A DNA stretch of 64,000 nt from an uncultured Nitrososphaerota archaeon (GTDB lineage Archaea; Thermoproteota; Methanomethylicia; Culexarchaeales; Culexmicrobiaceae), in assembly GCA_964497155.1 (NCBI GenBank), contig CAZCCB010000001.1, positions 32,766 to 96,765 of the forward strand. Reading direction: 5' to 3'. The notes below the pieces were generated by a model that saw only the letters and a program-made list of their open reading frames with translations, did no database searches and had not been told where the DNA came from. This document shows positions 57,521 through 64,000 of the stretch, piece by piece; the stretch's first letter is position 1, and each line of letters begins with the position of its first letter. The translations under genes and the position numbers were made by a program.

Positions 57521-58261
57521 TTAATATTTTCTTAAAAGTTTACCATAGCCATTTATAGGTTCATTATAACCCACAAATCTAAGCATATTCCATAATGTAG
57601 CAGTATTACTCGATATTACTGGTTTACCTATTTTATTCTCAAGTTTCTCTACGATTTCAATCGTTCTAAAATTAGTGCAACTAATAAATATTGCATCTAC
57701 ATTTGGATAATAGGCTTTTAAAGCTAAATTATATGCAACTTCAGGTTTAAGACTTCCAATTTTAACATTGTCTTTAATTCCTAAACCAATAATTCTTATA
57801 ACTTCAAATCCATTTTCCTCGAGAAATCTTTTTTCAAGAACATTTAATTCCTCAATATATGGAGTTGCAATTACTATTTTCTTGGCATTTAACACTTTCA
57901 AGGCTCTTAAAATGGAATTTGCAGTTGCAACTGCAGGTATTCCTGTTTTTTCTTTAATTTTCTCTTCAATTTCAGATGCATGTTTAGCTCCTTTAATTAA
58001 ACTTCCAGTTGTACATCCATAAGCTATAATATCCACTTTTGCATCTGCAAGCTTAATTGCCTCATTAATTGCCTCCTTCTCCATTTCAGCTAAACTTTCA
58101 GCCGTAACTTTTCTCAATCGCATTCTAGCAGTATGAATAGATGCATTTCTAGGCTTCATTCTATTAAATTCTATCTCCATAGTTGTATTTGATGATGGAA
58201 CTATAATTCCAAGCTTAATCCATTTACTCATAAACTTCACCCTAAATACAGTTTTAAACAA
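57521..58261 (-). CDS. Asp/Glu/hydantoin racemase superfamily protein (maleate isomerase/arylmalonate decarboxylase-like)
   Basis: LGIIVPSSNTTMEIEF N-terminal motif and a second catalytic Cys region (FISCTNFRT). Confidence 0.55.
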   Translation of the reverse strand: MFKTVFRVKFMSKWIKLGIIVPSSNTTMEIEFNRMKPRNASIHTARMRLRKVTAESLAEMEKEAINEAIKLADAKVDIIAYGCTTGSLIKGAKHASEIEEKIKEKTGIPAVATANSILRALKVLNAKKIVIATPYIEELNVLEKRFLEENGFEVIRIIGLGIKDNVKIGSLKPEVAYNLALKAYYPNVDAIFISCTNFRTIEIVEKLENKIGKPVISSNTATLWNMLRFVGYNEPINGYGKLLRKY

Positions 58262-58291
58262 TTATAATTTAATGTATTATGGTGAACTATA

Positions 58292-58930
58292 ATGAGTGAA
58301 GTTGGTAAATGTGCATATTGTGAGGTATTAGCTTGTTATAAAGGTGACTTTAAAAATTTACCAATTTTCTGTCCAATGAGGAAGTTTATAAATATAATTG
58401 AAGAATCTCGGAGAAAATATCTTGATAATCAAAATTTGAGGAAATTAGCTGTTAATGCTTCTATGATTGAAGGTGAAGGTTATATGAAGTGGCCAAGGTT
58501 AAAAGAGATTATTGAATATGCGAAGAAGCTTGGAATAAAGAGGATTGGAATTGCTTTTTGCATTGGATTAAGACGTGAGGCTAGAATGGTTTCTCAAGCA
58601 CTTGAAAATGCTGGCTTTAAAGTTCACTCTGTTTGTTGTAAAATTGGTGGGATAAATAAGGGTGATATTGGTGTTCCAAGAAAATATTGGCTTTCAAATA
58701 GGGATTTTGAAGCTATATGTAATCCAATTGGTCAAGCACTTGTTTTAAATGCTATTGGAACAGAGCTAAACATTGTTGTTGGCTTATGTGTTGGTCATGA
58801 TTCATTATTTTATATGCATTCTAAGGCTCCAGTAGTAACTTTAATTGCTAAAGATAGAGTTACTGGACATAATCCAGTTGCAGTAATTTATTCATCATAC
58901 TATTGGAGTCAATTTGGAATTAGAGTATAA
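58292..58930 (+). CDS. DUF1847-like metal-binding protein
   Basis: N-terminal CAYCEVLACYKGDFKNLPIFCP Cys pattern. 212 aa. Confidence 0.45.
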   Translation: MSEVGKCAYCEVLACYKGDFKNLPIFCPMRKFINIIEESRRKYLDNQNLRKLAVNASMIEGEGYMKWPRLKEIIEYAKKLGIKRIGIAFCIGLRREARMVSQALENAGFKVHSVCCKIGGINKGDIGVPRKYWLSNRDFEAICNPIGQALVLNAIGTELNIVVGLCVGHDSLFYMHSKAPVVTLIAKDRVTGHNPVAVIYSSYYWSQFGIRV

Positions 58931-59278
58931 CTACTCTATGTATTCTAAATCCTTAATTCTTCTCAATGTCTTTCCCTTCAACTTTACTCTTAACTCATCC
59001 TTCTCAGCTTCCTCTTCAATGCTCCTAATCTTCCTACGCTCCCTCCTTAAATTAAGTCCACATGTTCCATCTGGAAGTAATGCTCTCTTTTCACAGAATG
59101 CGTATTGGCATGCTGGTCCTTGACATAAATCTCCAGCCCAATTACATAATGCTATTAATCCTCTCTCTAATGGATTTCCTCTCCTACGATGTCTTTGAAA
59201 TGGTCTTCTACCTTTAACTATTAATGCTCTCTTAGCGCATCTAAAGAATTTACAAGTAGGATTACATTTTTGGAGCAA
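58931..59278 (-). CDS. Cys-rich, highly basic small protein
   Basis: 115 aa with 10 Cys and Arg/Lys-rich segments. Convergent with and abutting the DUF1847 gene. No family assigned. Confidence 0.3.
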   Translation of the reverse strand: MLQKCNPTCKFFRCAKRALIVKGRRPFQRHRRRGNPLERGLIALCNWAGDLCQGPACQYAFCEKRALLPDGTCGLNLRRERRKIRSIEEEAEKDELRVKLKGKTLRRIKDLEYIE

Positions 59279-59358
59279 AACTATCCCCCAGAACAGAATA
59301 CTCTACATTGTTTCTCTCCTAAACGATTATCCTATCATTTCTACTTGGATTTATCCTT

Positions 59359-60291
59359 TTATGTTTTACGCATTTTAGCAATTAGCCAATAATATACATC
59401 TTCTAGGTCTATACTTGAAATTTGAAATGTAATTATTTCATCTTTCAATTTAAGCAGCTCAGAAGTTAATTCTAATACTTCATTTTCATTTCTTAAATAG
59501 AATCTTATTAGACTTCCAAACCTCTGATATGGGTATTCTAGCTCTAATATTTTCTTAATTGATTTTGATGTTTTCGGCATTACCTCTACGTCAAATTTAT
59601 ATGGATAATTTGAGAGCAATTCTTTAACTGAACCCAGAGCTGCTACTTTACCTTTAGTTAATAGTAATACTTTCTTACAAAATCTTTCTAAAGTTTCCAT
59701 CTCCTTATCAACCATTATTAAAGTTGATTCTTCAGCTACTTTCTCTACAGCTTTAGCGAAAACTTCCTTAATTTTAGGTTCAAGTGCACCGAAAACTTCA
59801 TCTAATAAAAGAACTTTTGGCTTCTTAATTAGTCCAATAGATAATTTTAGTACTGCTACTTGAACATCAGATAGAACTTCAATTCTCTTATCATAAACAT
59901 CATCAACTATGTCGGCTGTTTCCAATAATTCCTCAACATCCTCATCAATTTTCTTCCCAGTAACTCTAGTAAAGTATCTTAATATTTCTCTAACAGTTAA
60001 TTTTTTATTAAATTGAATTTGAGGTGATAGGTAGCATGTAAGCCCTCTAACTGCTTCATTCTTCTTTCTACAGCTAAATCCATAGACATATACATCTCCT
60101 TCATCTGGCAAGTATATGCCTGAAATTAATTTTAATAATGTAGTTTTTCCAGATGGACTTGGACCCATAACAGCTAAATGCTCTCCCTCACTTAATGTGA
60201 AATTAACTTTTTCTAATACAGTAATCTGTTTCTTTGTAAGGGGATTTAATGTAAATCTTTTAGTTAAATTAACTACTTTAACAGCTTCCAT
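59359..60291 (-). CDS. ABC transporter ATP-binding protein (ABC-2 exporter type)
   Basis: Walker A GPSPSGKTT, Q-loop and a signature-like LSDVQVAVLKLSIGL. Walker B LLLDEVFGALEP. Confidence 0.7.
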   Translation of the reverse strand: MEAVKVVNLTKRFTLNPLTKKQITVLEKVNFTLSEGEHLAVMGPSPSGKTTLLKLISGIYLPDEGDVYVYGFSCRKKNEAVRGLTCYLSPQIQFNKKLTVREILRYFTRVTGKKIDEDVEELLETADIVDDVYDKRIEVLSDVQVAVLKLSIGLIKKPKVLLLDEVFGALEPKIKEVFAKAVEKVAEESTLIMVDKEMETLERFCKKVLLLTKGKVAALGSVKELLSNYPYKFDVEVMPKTSKSIKKILELEYPYQRFGSLIRFYLRNENEVLELTSELLKLKDEIITFQISSIDLEDVYYWLIAKMRKT

Positions 60292-60302
60292 AATTCTCCT
60301 CC

Positions 60303-61148
60303 CTAATATTGCTCAATTGTACCCCATTTCTGAGACATTTTAGTTATTAGAATTAATGTTCCAAATGAAATTACTAGAAATATTCCTAAGCTAACAATCA
60401 TTTTCATAATTCCGCTCCCAAGTGTAGTATATATTGCAGTTACACTTTTCCTAGGATACCCTAATATTAGTAAATCTCTAATTATCTGTAATCCAATAGT
60501 ATATGGTATAATGCTTAATATTGGCCATAATATTTTGGGAAATAATTCTATTGGGAAATAAAATCCAACTCCAAACATTAATGTTTCCATTATCGAAACT
60601 GGAAGCATTCCAATTCTCTTGAAAATTAATATCATGCTATTTATGATAGCTGATAATCCTAATATAAATAGCCATGAACATCCGAAGCATAATAATATTA
60701 GTGGAATGTATTTTAATTGAATATTTAAAGCTCCAATTAAATGAAGTACTGGTATTCCAAATAATGATGCCAGTATTCCATATCTAATTGTTGAAGCTAA
60801 CGCCCTACCTAAAATTATTAATGGTACTGAAACATTACTTTCAAGTAATAAGGTTAAACTTCCAGTTGATGCCTCTTCTCTTAAAACTCTAGTACAATCA
60901 TCATAAATTTTAGTCATCATAACCCTAACATAAGTTCCAACAAGCATGAATTTCTCAAACTCATATCCCTGTGGAAGAACTCCTCCTCTAGCCTGCATAA
61001 AGAATCCCATAATTCCATATCCAATAAAATTTCCAGCAATGATGGCTGCATCCATTAAATATTGAAATTTATATTTAGTATCAAGTCTAAAATAGCGCTC
61101 GGCAGTAGCTAATGTTATTCTTAGTCCTTCAAGAATTTCCTCTAGCAC
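60303..61148 (-). CDS. ABC-2 type transporter permease
   Basis: Six-TM membrane protein immediately upstream of, and co-oriented with, the ABC ATPase. Confidence 0.6.
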   Translation of the reverse strand: MLEEILEGLRITLATAERYFRLDTKYKFQYLMDAAIIAGNFIGYGIMGFFMQARGGVLPQGYEFEKFMLVGTYVRVMMTKIYDDCTRVLREEASTGSLTLLLESNVSVPLIILGRALASTIRYGILASLFGIPVLHLIGALNIQLKYIPLILLCFGCSWLFILGLSAIINSMILIFKRIGMLPVSIMETLMFGVGFYFPIELFPKILWPILSIIPYTIGLQIIRDLLILGYPRKSVTAIYTTLGSGIMKMIVSLGIFLVISFGTLILITKMSQKWGTIEQY

Positions 61149-61203
61149 GAAATAACATATTTCTGTTAGATGTATAAAATTATTATGGAGGGGTTAAATA
61201 GTA

Positions 61204-62130
61204 ATGGAAATTATTCATCTGATAATTCAGCAATTAATAGCGGTGAGATTAACCCAATTAATTGCATGGTTAATCATAATACTGATAATAATAGCATTAA
61301 TTGCATCTGCAATTAGAGTTGTTAGAGAATATGAAAGAGTTGTAGTATTCAGACTTGGAAGATGCATTGGAGCTAAGGGTCCGGGAATAGTTTTCATCGT
61401 ACCATTTATTGATAGACCAGTAAAAATTGATTTGAGAGAGCGTTATCTCGAAGTTCCGCATCAAACATGCATTACTAAGGATAATGCTCCAGTTGACATA
61501 GACTTCCTAATCTATTATAAAGTGATTGATCCAATTAAAAGTGTACTTCAAGTACAAAACTTCGAGGGAGCTGCGGTTGGAATTGCAACAACAACATTAA
61601 GAGCAGTTGTTGGAGATATCCTATTAGATGATGTTTTAGCTAAGAGAGAGGAAATTAATAATATTTTAAGAGTAAAACTTGATGAAGTAACTGAGAGGTG
61701 GGGTGTAAAAGTAACTAGTGTCGAAATTAGAGAAATCACTCCTCCACGTGATGTTCAAGAAGCTATGATTAAACAAATGGCTGCTGAAAGAACTAAGAGG
61801 GCAATGATACTTGAAGCTGAAGGTAAACGTGAATCATCAATTAGAGTTGCTGAAGGTGAACGTCAAGCAGCAATATTGAAGGCTGAAGGTGAGAGAAAAG
61901 CTGCAATACTAAGGGCTGAGGGTTATGCTCAGGCATTAGAGACTATTTATAAGGCAGCTAGTAAACTTGACTATAAAACTATGGCATTACAGTATCTTGA
62001 AGCACTTAAAGCTTTAGGTCAAAGTCCAGCAACCAAATTCATATTGCCTATGGAATTCACAGAATTAATTAAGCCAGTAAGGTCATTTCTAGGATTAACT
62101 GCTGAAGAGAAGGAGAGTGAAGGTAAATGA
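61204..62130 (+). CDS. SPFH/band-7 (stomatin/prohibitin-like) protein
   Basis: N-terminal TM helix followed by an SPFH core (EYERVVVFRLGRCIGAKGPGIVFIVPFIDRPVKIDLRE) and a C-terminal coiled coil with AEGE repeats. Confidence 0.8.
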   Translation: MEIIHLIIQQLIAVRLTQLIAWLIIILIIIALIASAIRVVREYERVVVFRLGRCIGAKGPGIVFIVPFIDRPVKIDLRERYLEVPHQTCITKDNAPVDIDFLIYYKVIDPIKSVLQVQNFEGAAVGIATTTLRAVVGDILLDDVLAKREEINNILRVKLDEVTERWGVKVTSVEIREITPPRDVQEAMIKQMAAERTKRAMILEAEGKRESSIRVAEGERQAAILKAEGERKAAILRAEGYAQALETIYKAASKLDYKTMALQYLEALKALGQSPATKFILPMEFTELIKPVRSFLGLTAEEKESEGK

Positions 62131-62321
62131 GTGAATTTGAAGAAGAACAGGAAGCCATTGAGGAGAAGAGTAGATTTAATCAGTGGTTAATGATTTTTGG
62201 AGCAGGATGGATAACCTTCCTATTATCAATATATGTTCCAGAAAACTCTAGATTGCCATTTATAATTGTAGGTGCAGCACTAATGTTTTTCTCAATGCTA
62301 GCTATGGTTAGAAAATGGTAG
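62127..62321 (+). CDS. small membrane protein, probable stomatin operon partner (short NfeD-like)
   Basis: 64 aa, two TM helices, 4-nt overlap with the stomatin gene. Confidence 0.4.
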   Translation: MSEFEEEQEAIEEKSRFNQWLMIFGAGWITFLLSIYVPENSRLPFIIVGAALMFFSMLAMVRKW

Positions 62322-63098
62322 TTAACCTCTAAATACCTTTATTTCTTTACCATTCTCAATAGCTACTACTTCAACATACTCGGATATCCCTGATGTATAA
62401 ATTTTTTTGCTAAGAACATGATCGATTTGAAATATTCCCGCAGGATTATCCATGTAAACTAGTATTTTAACTGGCCTTTCATCACCCCTAACTATTTCAA
62501 CTTTCCTAATGGCGAGTGCAGATAATGAGTGAATATCAACTTTACCTAAATCATATGGTATTCTAGCTCTCCCCTCAGCCATGTCCGTTCCATCAGCAAC
62601 TTTAACTACTCCAGCTTCAATACTTAAACAATTAACATTTTCATCATGAGCGTAAATGCAATGTAAAATTTCACACTTCACTTTGATTAAAATTTCCTTC
62701 GAATCGTAGATTCTAGATAATAAGTCATCTAGAATAGAGTTTACTAAGTAACATCCATGAAGGTTATGCTGTACTCTATGAATTGCATTTCCAATATCAT
62801 GTAGATATGCACCACACATTGTAATTAATTTCGCATCTTCAATAGATAACCCATGTTCAGAAACAGCATTAGGAGTAACTTCTTCAGAGATAATATTTAA
62901 TATTTCAAGTGCACTGCCAGCAGTTATTCTTGAATGTACAACTCCATGATCATTATATTTTAACCTAGTCACAGCCATAATGTTAGCCATTTTAAGATAG
63001 GATTGAACTTCACTATTTCTCTCAAGCAAGAAGAACATTCTCCTAAGTTTCCTAGTATTAAGATGGGAATATATGAGTGATGGAGATACTATAACCAT
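62322..63098 (-). CDS. HD-domain phosphohydrolase
   Basis: H...H(V/S)...YLHDIGNAIH...D metal-binding pattern characteristic of the HD superfamily. Confidence 0.55.
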   Translation of the reverse strand: MVIVSPSLIYSHLNTRKLRRMFFLLERNSEVQSYLKMANIMAVTRLKYNDHGVVHSRITAGSALEILNIISEEVTPNAVSEHGLSIEDAKLITMCGAYLHDIGNAIHRVQHNLHGCYLVNSILDDLLSRIYDSKEILIKVKCEILHCIYAHDENVNCLSIEAGVVKVADGTDMAEGRARIPYDLGKVDIHSLSALAIRKVEIVRGDERPVKILVYMDNPAGIFQIDHVLSKKIYTSGISEYVEVVAIENGKEIKVFRG

Positions 63099-63184
63099 AA
63101 TTTCACCTAAGCGTTAAAACTTATAAACGATACTTGTAATAATTTTGTCGATAAATTAACTATAATAATTTATGAGGTGTAATT

Positions 63185-63676
63185 ATGGTGAAGCTCTTAT
63201 GGGCTCCATGGAGACTTGAATATGTAAGATCTCCGCATAAATATAGGGGTTGCTTTCTATGTGATTATCCCAAAATGAATAGGGATGATGAATACTATAT
63301 TTTAAAGCGTGGTGAGCATTGCTATATAATTATGAATGCATATCCATATAATAATGGCCATTTAATGGTTGCACCTTATAGACATGTAATTTATCCATAT
63401 GAATTAAATAAAGATGAATTAATTGAATTAAATGAATTTGCTAATTTATCAATTAAGGTTTTGAAGAGGACATTTAATCCAGATGGATTTAATATTGGAA
63501 TTAATATTGGTAAAGCTGCTGGAGCTGGTGCTGAGCATTTACATGTACATATTGTTCCAAGATGGAATGGAGATACCAATTTTATGCCAGTTCTAGCTGA
63601 AGTTAAAGTCATACCACAACATATTAAACAGACATATTTTGAACTTAAAAAAGCTTTAAATGAATTAAAAGATTAG
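63185..63676 (+). CDS. HIT (histidine triad) family nucleotide hydrolase/transferase
   Basis: GAGAEHLHVHIVPR histidine triad motif. N-terminal CFLC zinc-binding pair. Confidence 0.8.
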   Translation: MVKLLWAPWRLEYVRSPHKYRGCFLCDYPKMNRDDEYYILKRGEHCYIIMNAYPYNNGHLMVAPYRHVIYPYELNKDELIELNEFANLSIKVLKRTFNPDGFNIGINIGKAAGAGAEHLHVHIVPRWNGDTNFMPVLAEVKVIPQHIKQTYFELKKALNELKD

Positions 63677-63684
63677 AATTGAAG

Positions 63685-64000
63685 TTATAAGCCTCTCTTG
63701 TATCCTATTTTCCTCAAAAATTCCATTCTTTCCTTGATTTCCTCATCTCCTTCAACGCCTTTAGTCTTGTATCCATCAATTACCCCTAATATACCCCTGC
63801 CTTGATCTGTTTCAGCAATTATTACTTGAACTGGATTTGCAGTTGCACAATATATGTTGACTACTTCTGGTGTAGCTTTAACTCTATCTAAAACATTTAT
63901 TGGATACGCATTTTTCATTACTATTATGAAGCAATGTCCAGCTGAAAGTTTAAGTGCATTTTCAATTGCAATTTTCCTTAATTCCTCGTCATTACCATCA
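63685..64000 (-). CDS. adenosine-specific kinase-like (DUF/PF04008-like) protein, 5'-truncated by window edge
   Basis: The frame stays open upstream of the listed Met to the window end (...[56 protein letters not shown]). Confidence 0.45.
   Translation of the reverse strand, partial: DGNDEELRKIAIENALKLSAGHCFIIVMKNAYPINVLDRVKATPEVVNIYCATANPVQVIIAETDQGRGILGVIDGYKTKGVEGDEEIKERMEFLRKIGYKRGL

Noticed and set aside
1-64000. Searched for CRISPR arrays, transposases/IS elements, integrases, rRNA and tRNA genes.
   Set aside because: No regularly spaced direct repeats, no DDE or serine/tyrosine recombinase-like ORFs and no rRNA-like GC-rich stretches were seen. The only mobile element recognised is the intein.

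Overview
This 64 kb window looks like a compact archaeal chromosomal segment. It is AT-rich, genes are tightly packed and often overlap by a few nucleotides, and GTG/TTG starts are frequent. Many extracellular proteins carry numerous N-x-S/T sequons, and several proteins have class III (prepilin-type) signal peptides. A GC-rich intergenic island has the hallmarks of archaeal box C/D and H/ACA guide sRNAs. Together these suggest a thermophilic crenarchaeon (Sulfolobales-like); this is an inference, not a database match.

Most of the window is housekeeping or metabolic:
- A/V-ATPase subunit I, with NuoL- and NuoM-like antiporter subunits standing apart from any nuo operon.
- RtcA, a FAU-1-like RNase, TrmI, SpeH-family decarboxylase, phosphohexomutase, a CofE-like ligase, MoaE, a two-subunit class I fumarase, Dcd/dUTPase, an Lhr-like helicase, ThrC, HIT, HD and stomatin proteins.
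- A dipeptide/oligopeptide ABC transporter (OppBCDF) with a divergently encoded 905-aa membrane-anchored OppA-like binding protein, plus an ABC-2 exporter pair.

The accessory-looking part is at about 31-47 kb.
- A 980-aa radical SAM protein resembling the archaeal tetraether-lipid synthase family is interrupted by a 486-aa LAGLIDADG intein. The intein sits exactly at the third Cys of the CxxxCxxC cluster motif.
- Immediately downstream is an uncharacterised type IV pilus-like locus. It has a TadC/FlaJ-like membrane protein, five consecutive translationally coupled pilin-like genes, a convergent FlaI/TadA-family ATPase with a partner protein, and a pilin gene whose product begins with a canonical RRG|VSPV class III signal peptide.
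- The locus is flanked by two KaiC-like ATPases, each paired with a small DNA-binding regulator (TrmB, RHH).

Other notable points:
- A GTPBP1-like GTPase gene is split by a single frameshift.
- A further candidate C/D sRNA lies in another intergenic region.
- No CRISPR array, transposase or rRNA/tRNA gene was recognised.
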